A stretch of DNA of 64,000 bases from an uncultured Gammaproteobacteria bacterium. GTDB taxonomy: Bacteria; Patescibacteriota; Microgenomatia; UBA8517; UBA10165. Below, one piece after another: positions 37,696-48,800 of the stretch. Positions within the stretch are counted from its first letter, which is position 1. Every line of letters starts with the position of its first letter. The stretch covers positions 1,602 to 65,601 of the forward strand of contig CAYYLO010000004.1 of NCBI GenBank assembly GCA_964472675.1, given 5' to 3'. A program made the position numbers and the translations under genes. Below the pieces are notes generated by a model. The model was not told where the DNA came from and ran no database searches. It saw nothing but the letters and a program-made list of their open reading frames with translations.

Positions 37696-40152
37696 ATGGC
37701 TAATGAATTTGACATAAAACAAGCTAAAATCCACACCCTTCCGGTTGTAGCGTTACGTGGTTCTGTTGTTTTTCCTCGTACAGAAAGTATCCTCACCTTC
37801 GGCCGTCCCAAGACAAAAGCTGCTGTTCAGGCAGCATACTCAGGAGACAGATTGTTGGCTATTTTTACTCAAAAAGATGCCAGGATTTCAGATCCTGTAC
37901 CGGATGATTTATACGAAGTAGGAAGTTTGGTCGAAGTTCAACAGATTATGCCGGCTGACGAAGAAATTCATGTACTGGTTATTGGTAAAGCTCGCATTGG
38001 AATTTCAGAAGTCGTGGCGCAAAATCCATTCGCCGTATACAAGGTCCATGTTTTTGAAGAAAACCTGACGACAACAGCAGAAGAAGAAGCCAGAGCACGG
38101 CATTTGGTTGGCTTATTTGAGAAAGCGATTCGTTTGGGAAAGCCTGCCGACGTTCAAACTGTAATGCGACTTTTATCTTCAAAAATTGAAGTGGCAGAGC
38201 TGGTTGACCAAATTGCCTACCTTTTAGACGTCAAAACTCCGCAAAAGCAGGAAATTTTGGAAACTCTCGACCTGTCTACAAGATTGAAAAAAGTTGAAGA
38301 TTTGTTGGGTCGGGAAGTGGGTATCCTGGAACTTGAGCGTACAATTTCTTCTAAAACGCAAAAAAGATTTGAAGAGCAGATGAAGAAAGCGATGCTCAAG
38401 GAGCATCAAAAAACAATTCAACAAGAACTGCGGGGCTTGGGAGAAGATGATGGGGGAGACGAAGAAATTGACGAATTGCGTCGCAAGATAAAAGAAGTTG
38501 GAATGCCGCGCGATGTGCGCAAAAAGGCAGAAAAAGAGCTAAAACGTTTGGTTCAAATGTCTCCTAATCATCCGGAGAGCGGGTATGTCAGGAATTATTT
38601 GGACTGGTTGGTTGAAATGCCCTGGAGTATAAAGTCTTCAAATGACATTTCTTTAAAACAGGCAGGTGCAATTTTGGATAATGACCATTATGCCTTGAAA
38701 AAAACTAAAGAGCGTATTTTAGAATTTTTGGCTGTAATGAAGCTTAAAAGTGAATCGCAAAAAGCTCATGATTCAACTTTGAATACTGAAGAAGAGGCGG
38801 AAACTATGGAAGGTACGCCGACAATACTTTGCTTTATTGGGCCTCCAGGGGTAGGTAAAACTTCAATCGGTCGTTCAATTGCTCATGCTTTGGGCCGGAA
38901 ATTTGTACGTGTTTCGTTGGGAGGAGTGCGCGACGAGGCGGAAATCAGAGGTCACAGGAGAACTTATGTGGGGGCACTGCCTGGAAGAATTATCCAGGGT
39001 ATAAAAAATGCCGGGACAAAAAACCCTGTATTTATGCTGGACGAGATTGACAAACTTGGCAATGACTTTCGGGGAGACCCGTCTTCTGCTCTGTTGGAAG
39101 TCTTGGATCCTGAGCAAAACAGGGAATTCTCAGATCACTATTTGGAAGTACCCTTCGATCTTTCCGAGGTTATGTTTATTTGCACTGGGAATGTTTTGGA
39201 TACTATTCCTCCAGCCTTGAGAGACAGAATGGAGATCATCCGTTTCGTGGGATATACAGAAGACGAAAAGTACAATATTGCCAAAGATTATCTCTGGCCA
39301 AAACAACTTAAAAATCACAGTCTTCCTGAAGATATACAAATTTTTTCTACAGCTTTGCGGGAGATTATAAATAGGTACACGCGCGAAGCAGGCGTTCGGA
39401 ATTTGGAAAGGAATTTAGCGACGATAGCAAGAAAACTTGCCAGAGACATTGCGGAAGGTAAAAAAGGTGTTAAACATGTGGGGAAAGTAGATTTGCACAA
39501 GCTCTTGGGGCCAGCACAGTTTACGTCACTTTTAGCTGAGAAAAAAGATGAAGTCGGAATTTCGACCGGGTTGGCTGTTACTCCCGTAGGGGGAGAAATA
39601 ATTTTTGTGGAGACTGCTCTCATGCCGGGCAAGGGGAAGCTTACTTTAACTGGCCAGCTGGGAGATGTTATGCGCGAATCTGCAATAGCGGCTTTCTCCT
39701 ATGCAAGAAGTCATTCGTCTGATTTGGGCATAAGCGACAAAGTTTCCAAAGTGACTGATGTTCATATTCATGTTCCCGAAGGCGCAGTACCGAAAGACGG
39801 TCCGTCTGCTGGTGTGGCTATGGCAACATCTTTAATTTCAGCTTTAACTGGCACAAAGACCAGGCGAGATGTGGCCATGACTGGAGAGATAACTTTGCGC
39901 GGGAGGGTTATGGAAATTGGTGGGGTTAAAGATAAGGTAATCGCAGCTCATCGAGCCGGGATCAAGACTGTTGTTTTGCCTAAAGATAATCAAAAAGATA
40001 TGGATGACGTACCAGAGAAAGTTAAACGAGATATCAAATTTATTTTCGCTTCGCACCTTGACCAGGTGCTAGAAGTGGCAATCCCCGCTTTTAACCATAA
40101 ACCACATCGTACCCCTTCTGTCCCTATCCCCTCAAGCTACATAGCAGGCTGA
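37696..40152 (+). CDS. lon: ATP-dependent Lon protease
   Basis: LON N-domain, Walker A GPPGVGKTS, and the protease S-K dyad region KDGPSAGVAMATSLISALTG. Confidence 0.95.
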   Translation: MANEFDIKQAKIHTLPVVALRGSVVFPRTESILTFGRPKTKAAVQAAYSGDRLLAIFTQKDARISDPVPDDLYEVGSLVEVQQIMPADEEIHVLVIGKARIGISEVVAQNPFAVYKVHVFEENLTTTAEEEARARHLVGLFEKAIRLGKPADVQTVMRLLSSKIEVAELVDQIAYLLDVKTPQKQEILETLDLSTRLKKVEDLLGREVGILELERTISSKTQKRFEEQMKKAMLKEHQKTIQQELRGLGEDDGGDEEIDELRRKIKEVGMPRDVRKKAEKELKRLVQMSPNHPESGYVRNYLDWLVEMPWSIKSSNDISLKQAGAILDNDHYALKKTKERILEFLAVMKLKSESQKAHDSTLNTEEEAETMEGTPTILCFIGPPGVGKTSIGRSIAHALGRKFVRVSLGGVRDEAEIRGHRRTYVGALPGRIIQGIKNAGTKNPVFMLDEIDKLGNDFRGDPSSALLEVLDPEQNREFSDHYLEVPFDLSEVMFICTGNVLDTIPPALRDRMEIIRFVGYTEDEKYNIAKDYLWPKQLKNHSLPEDIQIFSTALREIINRYTREAGVRNLERNLATIARKLARDIAEGKKGVKHVGKVDLHKLLGPAQFTSLLAEKKDEVGISTGLAVTPVGGEIIFVETALMPGKGKLTLTGQLGDVMRESAIAAFSYARSHSSDLGISDKVSKVTDVHIHVPEGAVPKDGPSAGVAMATSLISALTGTKTRRDVAMTGEITLRGRVMEIGGVKDKVIAAHRAGIKTVVLPKDNQKDMDDVPEKVKRDIKFIFASHLDQVLEVAIPAFNHKPHRTPSVPIPSSYIAG

Positions 40153-40174
40153 TACAACTCGTTTCAAAACTCGG
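40153..40174. repeat. Left copy of a 22-nt motif TACAACtCGTTTCAAAACTCGg, immediately after the lon stop
   Basis: It matches 52457-52478 (ATACAACcCGTTTCAAAACTCG) with 1 mismatch. Weaker similarity continues for ~20 more nt (gcacatttgact vs tcaatttactt). Confidence 0.7.
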
Positions 40175-40376
40175 CAGGCACATTTGACTGTGCCGCGATA
40201 AGAAACAAGTATTCTCCTAATTGGCCAACAGTTCTTACAAAAGCCTTATTAATTGTAGTGATGTTATCTCACAAAAGAATTTTATTTTGATATACAGCAA
40301 TCTTTTAAAAAGTAATTTAAAGATTTTTGAAAAATCCTTAAAGCCTTTTAAAAGCTTGCCCTAAAACCAAAAAAAC

Positions 40377-43300
40377 ATGGACAAGCTAAAACGGATATTA
40401 TCCCTAACGACACTTTTGCTGGTGCTTAGTAACAGTATACTTCCATATTACTCTTCAGCAAATGTGGTTTTTGCACAAGAAGTAAATGCAACACCTGCCG
40501 CTACTTCGGAAGTGGACGAACCACTTCAGACTTCTTCTGCGCCCACACCAACACCAGAACCAACACCTTCTGAAATTCTTACACTAACACCAACACCAAC
40601 TCCTACTCCTGAAACTGAACTTACTCCAATGCCGGCTGAACAAGAAACAACTGACAACGCTCTACCTGCACCAACCCCTACACCTACACTTTCTGTTGAA
40701 CAGACTGTTATTTCCACACCAATCCCAGTGCCTGTGCCTGCACCTGCACCTGTGCTATTAGCTTGGAAGAATATTGATTCAGCAACAGTTGAAACTATGG
40801 ATAATGTAGAAGCTAACAAAGATTACACTGCTCCTCAAAATGATAAGGTGAAAGTTAACTTTACCAAACTTCCTGAGATTGCTGGAAAACTAACTATTAA
40901 AGAAATTAAATTGTCTTCTAGCCAGGTGGAACAGTTGAAAGCTGTTTCAGACACAGCTTATGAAATTACTTCCACTATGGCTAACGGAACATTTAACTAT
41001 GACTTAACCCTGCCTTTATCAGAGCAAGCCAAAGGCAAGAAGCTGGAAGTAAAAACAGCGGAATCGCAAGAAAAGCTGGACAAAGCACAAACTGTTAATG
41101 AGCCAAAAGAGGAAAAAGCGGATACAATTGCTATTAAAGATTTAAACCATTTTACAGTCTTTGTTATTACCACCCCAGATCCTGACACTACTCAAAAAGT
41201 CTTGATTAATGAAGTAGTTCCAAATCCTCTGAATGGGGCAGAATGGATTGAGCTTTTTAATAACAGCACTCAAGCTACAAACTTAGGAGTGGGAAGCGGT
41301 TGGACTATCAGAAATTCTACTGGCGATACCAGGTCTTTAAGCTCCTTAGGCACTGTTACTGCTTCCGGCAGAGTAGTTTTTGAGGCTCCTGCCAATTGGT
41401 TAAGCAATACTGCCCCTGAAACTATTACTCTATCAAATGAGTTAGGAACACCGGTTGATACAGTGACCATATCTTTAACCTCCCCGGGTTTTGTCATTGA
41501 TCATTACCCGCTGGCTAACGAATCAGTTGGAAGAAAAACAGACGGAGTTGCAGAATGGGTCATCTTTACTATTCCCACCAGAGGCACAGCTAATGTTTTG
41601 CCTAAAACGACAACTAGCCTCTCCGAAGCAGGTCCAATTGCCCCTGAAGGTGGTCTTATGGCAGGTTTCCCATCCTGGTACAAAGACTCTAATGGTTTGG
41701 CGCTTGATTTAATGGAAGCAGCTGATGGTTTTGGTATCTCTGATCCAGTTGATCCATCTAATCCATTTTCACAAACTATTGGCTTTAATGCTGAAGGATT
41801 TTGGTGGTCAGCTGAGGCTTCTATTGACCGCCCAGTAGGCACACGCACCATACTGGTGTTGGCAGTTGAGGCTGCCTTTGCCGGAGAAGCAGCAGTTGAT
41901 GGGGAACAATCAGTGCAAAACAGGCTCAGATACAGGATTGATGGACTGGTACCTGGTGAAACCTATACCATTACCCACCCTTTTGGCACTGTGAAAGAAG
42001 TTGCTGAAGATGATGGGACAATCAATGTCACTGATGACATTGGATGCTTTGCCGGAGGAGGAGTGACCTGCAATCAAACAGCTTCCCCTAACTTTGCCAC
42101 AGCTTTGAACGGTCAAGTAGGGCCATTCTTAACCTGGACCACCTTTAATACTAACCCAGCTTTAACTGACCCTCAACTTACTAATCCTGCCAACCCAAAC
42201 AGAAGATATGTTGGTAATCCCACTATTGAACATGAGGTAACAGGCAGCCCAACAGGCAATAACTTCTTCAGAGTCCAAGGCAAGGATGTGGGTGGCCCTG
42301 GAGTTAACCAAATCCAAACCAACTTATTTGCAGTTTCAGGAAGGCTGGCAGATACAAATGCTCCTGTGATTACCCTTTTTGGCAGTAATCCTGTAAATGT
42401 CAATCAAAATGCTTCTTATATTGATGCTGGAGCAAGTGCTTTAGATGATCTGGGCGGTAACTTAACCGGCAATATTGAAGTTAGCGGTTTGCCTGTTGAC
42501 ACTTCTACCATTGGTGTAAAAACAGTCACTTATACTGTAACTGACAGCGCAGGCCGTACATCCCAAGCAACCAGAACTGTTAATGTAGTTAATCTGGTAG
42601 CGGTAGGAGAAGCAGATACTGTTGCTCCCTTAATCACTATACTTGGGGCAAATCCTGCTTTTGTCACTGTTGGCACACCATATACTGATGTTGGAGCAAC
42701 AGCTTTAGATAATGTTGACGGAGATATTACCGGAAGTATTATCACCACGGGTTTGCCGGTTATTACATCAACAGTTGGCACATTTACTGTTACTTATAAT
42801 GTGGCGGATAGCGCAGGTAATGCAGCAATTCTAGCAAAAAGGACTGTTAATGTGGTAGCAGATACTACTGCTCCTGTAATTACTATGCTGGGGTCAAATC
42901 CTGTCAATATCTTTACAGGCGCTGCTTACTCAGATGCCGGAGCCACAGCCTTGGATGATGTTGACGGAGATATTACCGGGAGTATTGTTACTACGGGTTT
43001 GCCTGTCGATACGTCAAAAGCAGCTACTTTTACCATTACTTATGAAGTAGTTGATTCAGCTGGCAATCCTGCCATTGCAAAAAGAACAGTTAAGGTAGCA
43101 GAAACTTTGCCCGCCAGCCTCTCCGAAGCAGGTCCAATTGCCCCTGAAGGTGGTCTTATGGCAGGTTTCCCATCCTGGTACAAAGACTCTAATGGTTTGG
43201 CGCTTGATTTAATGGAAGCAGCTGATGGTTTTGGTATCTCTGATCCAGTTGATCCATCTAATCCATTTTCACAAACTATTGGCTTTAATGCTGAAGGATT

Positions 43301-45812
43301 TTGGTGGTCAGCTGAGGCTTCTATTGACCGCCCAGTAGGCACACGCACCATACTGGTGTTGGCAGTTGAGGCTGCCTTTGCCGGAGAAGCAGCAGTTGAT
43401 GGGGAACAATCAGTGCAAAACAGGCTCAGATACAGGATTGATGGACTGGTACCTGGTGAAACCTATACCATTACCCACCCTTTTGGCACTGTGAAAGAAG
43501 TTGCTGAAGATGATGGGACAATCAATGTCACTGATGACATTGGATGCTTTGCCGGAGGAGGAGTGACCTGCAATCAAACAGCTTCCCCTAACTTTGCCAC
43601 AGCTTTGAACGGTCAAGTAGGGCCATTCTTAACCTGGACCACCTTTAATACTAACCCAGCTTTAACTGACCCTCAACTTACTAATCCTGCCAACCCAAAC
43701 AGAAGATATGTTGGTAATCCCACTATTGAACATGAGGTAACAGGCAGCCCAACAGGCAATAACTTCTTCAGAGTCCAAGGCAAGGATGTGGGTGGCCCTG
43801 GAGTTAACCAAATCCAAACCAACTTATTTGCAGTTTCAGGAAGGCTGGCAGATACAAATGCTCCTGTGATTACCCTAAATGGTTCTAACCCGGTTGAAGT
43901 GACCCAAAATGAAGCTTATGCTGACAGCGGCGCAACCGCAATTGATAATTTTGATGGTAATCTGACAGCCAGTATTGTAACGACTGGTTTGCCGGTTAAT
44001 ACCTCTGTAATAGGCGTAAAAACCATTACCTATACTGTTTCTGACAGGGCCGGCAATACTGCTATTGCTCAAAGAACTATTAATGTAGTGGCAGCTACCC
44101 CTCCAACTCCAGAACCTCCAGTTCCTCCTGTCCCAGCAGACGGTGCAGGGCAAGCAGATACAACATCTTTAGATGGGTTTTCCTCAACTACTAAGGGGTC
44201 TTATAAAACAGGAGACTTGATAGATATCACTGCTAATTTTGATAAGACTTTAGATGCAGAAAGCACCATGACAGTTGAACTAAGTAATGGTGTCCAAGTT
44301 ATCTTAAGCCAAGTTTCCGGATCAAAGTTAACAGGTACATATATTGTTGGGACAAATATTTCAGAAAACTCTGATAATTTAACTGTAGCAAAAATAATCT
44401 CCAGTAGTATTCAAGCTTCAGACACATTGCCTTCAATAAACTTAAGCAGCATTGTTGTTAATGTCAAAACTTCTGCAGAAGCTGCTGATAAGTCAGGCCA
44501 GGCTGATGTAAATAGTTTGTTGGAACTGGACAGTGAGACTGTTTTAGACATGGGTAGTAATTTAAGTACAGCCACAATAGAAGGCGCAATCACTATTGCT
44601 GGTTTGTCAAAACTGCTAAGTATATTTTCTAATGGTGATCTGGTGAATCAAAATCTAACCTTACCTCAAATTATTGGTGATAAATTGGTTATGGTAAGTA
44701 AGGCAGTCAGGTTAAACTCCGGCCCTAGTGGTTCATTGATTACCTTATCCAATAAAAACCTGTCAACTGTTAAGTTGTCTATAGTAAGTGGAACAACAGT
44801 ATTAGGAGAAAGTAGCTGGAACGGCAAGGTCAATCCTCCTTCTATTGTTACAAATACTGGTATTGCGCCTAGCGGGTTCAAACTCGGTGATTTTGCAATT
44901 GAGGTAGGTTATCCGGAAGGAATCCTGCTTTTTGACCAATCAGTAACCATCCTTTTATCAGGCGTCAATGGCCCTGTCGGATATAAACCCTCAGGCTCTG
45001 ACACTTGGGTTAAGATGGCAAATTGCTTGGGCACTTTTGACAGTCCGCTTAAGCCAGTTTTCCCTGGGGAATGCGCAATTTCTAATGGGGCAGACACCAA
45101 AATCTATACATATCATTTAACTTCTTTTGCCAATTTACAGGAAATTCCCCCTGTTTCCATCCCAACCCCAACACCAGCTATTGTAGTAGCAAGCTCATCT
45201 AATACAGACACTAACACTAATACAACTTCATCCAATTCTAATCTCTCTAATTCTTCCTCAAACAATACTTCTAACAATCCTTCCACTCCTGTTTGTACTG
45301 ATTCCAAGCCAGGCAGTGCTCCTATCTTGCTTTCTGCCGTCACCAGCGGTCCTAACCAGGTGACCTTAACCTGGTCAAAAGCATCTGATCCTGTTTCCCA
45401 TTATTCCATAGTTTATGGCTTGTCGGCAGGCAATCCTATTTATGGAAATACTAATGTTGGGGGGAAGGATACTACCTCATATGCAGTTGGCGGTTTGTCT
45501 GGCGGAACAACTTATTACTTCAAAGTCAGGGCAGGCAATGGTTGTAATGGCAGTGAATATTCAAATGAACTGTCTGCCGCACCGGACGGAGGAACAATAA
45601 ATAGTCCTGCAACAGGATTTACCCGGGGGTTATTGGGTGCTCAGACTGAAGAAGAAACGAAGACTAGCGAGCCTGGAGTCTTAGGTGTCAATGTAAATGG
45701 GCTTGCTTCAAAGAGCAAAGGAACCTGGGCAATACAGCTAATGTTGGCAGCTTTAGCAGCTTTGGGTGTTGGTTATTTTAAGTTCTTTTACAGGAAAAAA
45801 TTAAATGGGTAG
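40377..45812 (+). CDS. Giant secreted multidomain surface protein (1811 aa). Domain order: signal peptide, PT-rich linker, lamin-tail domain, a duplicated unknown domain, Ig-like (DUF5011-type) repeats, an SNT-rich linker, a two-Cys FN3-like module, and a C-terminal TM anchor.
   Basis: - Signal peptide: MDKLKRILSLTTLLLVLS.
- Lamin-tail motif: VLINEVVPNPLNGAEWIELFNNS...GW.
- Ig-like repeats: APVITLxGSNPV...Y.DAGATA.D..DG(D/N)(I/L)TG.I...GLPV.TS..G...VTY.V.DSAGN.
- C-terminal TM helix AIQLMLAALAALGVGYF followed by KFFYRKK. Confidence 0.85.
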   Translation: MDKLKRILSLTTLLLVLSNSILPYYSSANVVFAQEVNATPAATSEVDEPLQTSSAPTPTPEPTPSEILTLTPTPTPTPETELTPMPAEQETTDNALPAPTPTPTLSVEQTVISTPIPVPVPAPAPVLLAWKNIDSATVETMDNVEANKDYTAPQNDKVKVNFTKLPEIAGKLTIKEIKLSSSQVEQLKAVSDTAYEITSTMANGTFNYDLTLPLSEQAKGKKLEVKTAESQEKLDKAQTVNEPKEEKADTIAIKDLNHFTVFVITTPDPDTTQKVLINEVVPNPLNGAEWIELFNNSTQATNLGVGSGWTIRNSTGDTRSLSSLGTVTASGRVVFEAPANWLSNTAPETITLSNELGTPVDTVTISLTSPGFVIDHYPLANESVGRKTDGVAEWVIFTIPTRGTANVLPKTTTSLSEAGPIAPEGGLMAGFPSWYKDSNGLALDLMEAADGFGISDPVDPSNPFSQTIGFNAEGFWWSAEASIDRPVGTRTILVLAVEAAFAGEAAVDGEQSVQNRLRYRIDGLVPGETYTITHPFGTVKEVAEDDGTINVTDDIGCFAGGGVTCNQTASPNFATALNGQVGPFLTWTTFNTNPALTDPQLTNPANPNRRYVGNPTIEHEVTGSPTGNNFFRVQGKDVGGPGVNQIQTNLFAVSGRLADTNAPVITLFGSNPVNVNQNASYIDAGASALDDLGGNLTGNIEVSGLPVDTSTIGVKTVTYTVTDSAGRTSQATRTVNVVNLVAVGEADTVAPLITILGANPAFVTVGTPYTDVGATALDNVDGDITGSIITTGLPVITSTVGTFTVTYNVADSAGNAAILAKRTVNVVADTTAPVITMLGSNPVNIFTGAAYSDAGATALDDVDGDITGSIVTTGLPVDTSKAATFTITYEVVDSAGNPAIAKRTVKVAETLPASLSEAGPIAPEGGLMAGFPSWYKDSNGLALDLMEAADGFGISDPVDPSNPFSQTIGFNAEGFWWSAEASIDRPVGTRTILVLAVEAAFAGEAAVDGEQSVQNRLRYRIDGLVPGETYTITHPFGTVKEVAEDDGTINVTDDIGCFAGGGVTCNQTASPNFATALNGQVGPFLTWTTFNTNPALTDPQLTNPANPNRRYVGNPTIEHEVTGSPTGNNFFRVQGKDVGGPGVNQIQTNLFAVSGRLADTNAPVITLNGSNPVEVTQNEAYADSGATAIDNFDGNLTASIVTTGLPVNTSVIGVKTITYTVSDRAGNTAIAQRTINVVAATPPTPEPPVPPVPADGAGQADTTSLDGFSSTTKGSYKTGDLIDITANFDKTLDAESTMTVELSNGVQVILSQVSGSKLTGTYIVGTNISENSDNLTVAKIISSSIQASDTLPSINLSSIVVNVKTSAEAADKSGQADVNSLLELDSETVLDMGSNLSTATIEGAITIAGLSKLLSIFSNGDLVNQNLTLPQIIGDKLVMVSKAVRLNSGPSGSLITLSNKNLSTVKLSIVSGTTVLGESSWNGKVNPPSIVTNTGIAPSGFKLGDFAIEVGYPEGILLFDQSVTILLSGVNGPVGYKPSGSDTWVKMANCLGTFDSPLKPVFPGECAISNGADTKIYTYHLTSFANLQEIPPVSIPTPTPAIVVASSSNTDTNTNTTSSNSNLSNSSSNNTSNNPSTPVCTDSKPGSAPILLSAVTSGPNQVTLTWSKASDPVSHYSIVYGLSAGNPIYGNTNVGGKDTTSYAVGGLSGGTTYYFKVRAGNGCNGSEYSNELSAAPDGGTINSPATGFTRGLLGAQTEEETKTSEPGVLGVNVNGLASKSKGTWAIQLMLAALAALGVGYFKFFYRKKLNG
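41616..43876. repeat. Perfect 761-nt direct repeat (41616-42376 and 43116-43876) with a 1500-nt period inside giant gene 1
   Basis: Line-by-line comparison shows 100% identity over 761 nt. It encodes a duplicated ~250-aa domain (LSEAGPIAPEGG...NAPVITL). The antisense ORF pairs 41504-41851/43040-43351 and 41910-42116/43410-43616 are artefacts of this repeat. Confidence 0.9.
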
Positions 45813-48800
45813 AAAAGTCTTATCAGCATTTTTGATTTTAGTTGTTGTTTTTTCGAATGGATTTTTAACTTTGGCACAGATTGCTTTAGCTGCTCCAACT
45901 GGTGAAAATAAAACGTTTTATTTTCGAAACCAAAGTGCGCAGTTGCCCAGTAGCCATGTTTTAAGTACCACTGCTCCAACTTCAGGAAATTCTCAAAACA
46001 CTTCCATAACCAGCACTGACTCTCCATCATTCCGGCATTTTCATCCGGGAATAACCAGTTTTCAACATATTTTTGCTACTGAACCAGCTCATACCTTGCC
46101 AGTTGACTTGGCCTCATGGATTTCTGATGTGCCTCTTGATGGTACTTTCCAGGCAGGCAGCTGGAAATTTATAGTACACAAAAACGACAATATCAAAGGG
46201 GAAGTCTCAGTCCCCCATTTTAATGTTTACAAAAGTCCCAGCAATACCAGTTTGGATCAGGCAACTTTTCTTTTTGATGTGGAAGGGCCTGACTGGTGGA
46301 CATCAAGCGATGAGCAGCTTAATTTTTCTACACCCTTACTTAGCCAATTTGAATTTAATAATGCATATTTGGTAGTGCAGCTTTTTGACCAATGCAAATC
46401 AGGTTGTAACGGTGGGAAAATTATGACAGTTTTTGAAGATGGCACGTCTGCTGCTACCCAAACCAGGATAGAAACACCATTATTTGTCCCAGCTGGCAGC
46501 AATGAACCTGTGCCCCCGCCTTCTGCCCCAGCTCCAGAACCTTCTGCACCTCAACCTCCAACCCCCCCTGCAGATATTACTGCCCCTATAATCACTATTT
46601 TGGGAGATAGTCCTGTAACAGTCTTTTTAGGCTCTACTTATATAGATGCTGGTGCTACCGCCATTGATAATATTGACGGTGCTATTTCTGTTGAGACAAC
46701 CAATGCAGTGAATACTGCTGTTTTAGGAGGATATTCTGTAATTTACAAGGCTACTGATAGCGCAGGTAATACTAGTGTTCCTGCTATCAGGACTGTGAAT
46801 GTGGTAGCACCACCAGCCCCAGTGCTTCCACCTCCAGCTCCTATTGTACCTCCTTTACCTCCCTTAGATACCATTGCTCCTGTAATAACTATGCTTGGCT
46901 CATCTCCTTTAGATGTGACAATTGGCTCTGTATACAACGATGCCGGAGCTACAGCTTTGGATAATATAGATGGTGATCTGGCTGCTAAGATTAGTGCTTC
47001 CGGATTACCTATTAATACTGCTAGTGCAGGAACATTTACCATTACTTATAATGTGGCGGATAGCGCAGGCAATACTGCCACACCTGTTACTAGAATTGTG
47101 AATGTGATAGCAGCCCCAGAAGAACCAGCTGCCCCAGCTCCAGAGCCTCCTCCACCTCCAGTCCAACCTTCTGCTCCTAAAAACTCCCCTCCAGTGGTGG
47201 AACCTATCCCTTCTCAAACCATTACGGTTGGGACTCCAGTCTCCTTTAAAGTAATAGCTACTGACACGGATGGGGACGCCTTAACTTACTCTTTAGGCCC
47301 TAATGCTCCATTGGGTGCGACAATTGATCCTAAGACAGGCGCTTTTTTTTGGCTACCGCAAGTTGTAGGCACAACAAATTTTGATATTCTGGTTTCTGAT
47401 GGAGTTAATACTCCGGTTACAACTGGCCACTTGATTGAAAACCGGAACTTAGGAGTTGATGGCATTTTAGGCACAGCAGACGATATTTTCATTGGTGGCA
47501 TGGCTACTTGGGGGATGGTCAAGGCTCAAGCGCGGGACTTTTTAGGCATATTGTTAGATGATTTAGATGTGCTCGACTTGCCACTTTTGGCAACTGACGC
47601 GTATGGCAATTTTATCAAAGGCCCGAATGGTTTTCCACAGCTGGTGATTGATGGCGGTTTACTAGAAGGTAATCCAGCCTCCCCTGTTGATGCCTCAAAA
47701 GCAGTCCGGACCCACCATCCATTTATAGTAGATATCAGCCACAATGCTAATCCTGTTAACTCGCGGGGTGTGCCTCTTAAAGCTGATTCGGATAATGTGA
47801 TTGGACTATCTGAACCAGGCACATATGACAATGAGTTGTTGGATGCGCATTTTATGGCCGGAGACGGTCGTGTTAATGAAAATATTGGCTTAACAGCAGT
47901 CCACCATATTTTTCATTCTGAGCACAACAGGTTGGTGGAGTACGCTAAAAATGTGATACTGGATACAGGTGATTTAGCTTTTTTAAGCCAATGGTTAGTA
48001 GCAGGTAGTGCACCAGATACTTTTCCTCAAACACCTCAAGAAATTACTGCTTTGTCTTGGAATGGGGAACGGTTGTTTCAGGTGGCTAAATTTGGTACGG
48101 AAATGCAATACCAACATTTGGTGTTTGAGGAATTTGCCCGCAAAGTTTCCCCGCAAGTCAATATATTTTCAGGCTATGACAATAGCATTGATCCGGCCAT
48201 TATGGCTGAATTTGCCCACACAGTCTATCGTTTTGGCCACAGTTTGTTAACTGACACCGTTGCGCGTACTAATGAGGATGGCACCACCAATGACATTGGT
48301 TTAATACAGGCCTTCTTAAACCCATTAGAGTTTGTAGCAAGCGGGGATACGCCCATTAAGGCTGCAGGCGCTATTGTTTCAGGCATGGTTAACCAGGTTG
48401 GCAATGAGATTGACGAATTTGTCACAGAATCTTTGCGAAGTAACTTGTTAGGTCTGCCTTTGGATTTGGCTACTATTAATTTAGCCCGGGGACGGGATAC
48501 TGGTGTTCCTCCGCTGAACTCAGCCAGAAAGCAATTTTTTATGGCGACTGGTGGAGATTCGTCTTTAAAGCCATATACCAGCTGGGTAGATTTTGGTTTA
48601 AATATTAAACACCCCCTCTCCCTAATAAATTTTATTGCAGCATATGGCACACATCCGACTGTTTTAAATGCAGCCAGCTTACAAGAAAAACGTGCGGCGG
48701 CTGCTTTGTTAGTTGATGGAGGAGAAGGCGCGCCAGAAGATAGAGTGGATTTCCTAAACAGCACTGGTAATTGGGTTAGTACTGGTTTAGATACTGTTGA

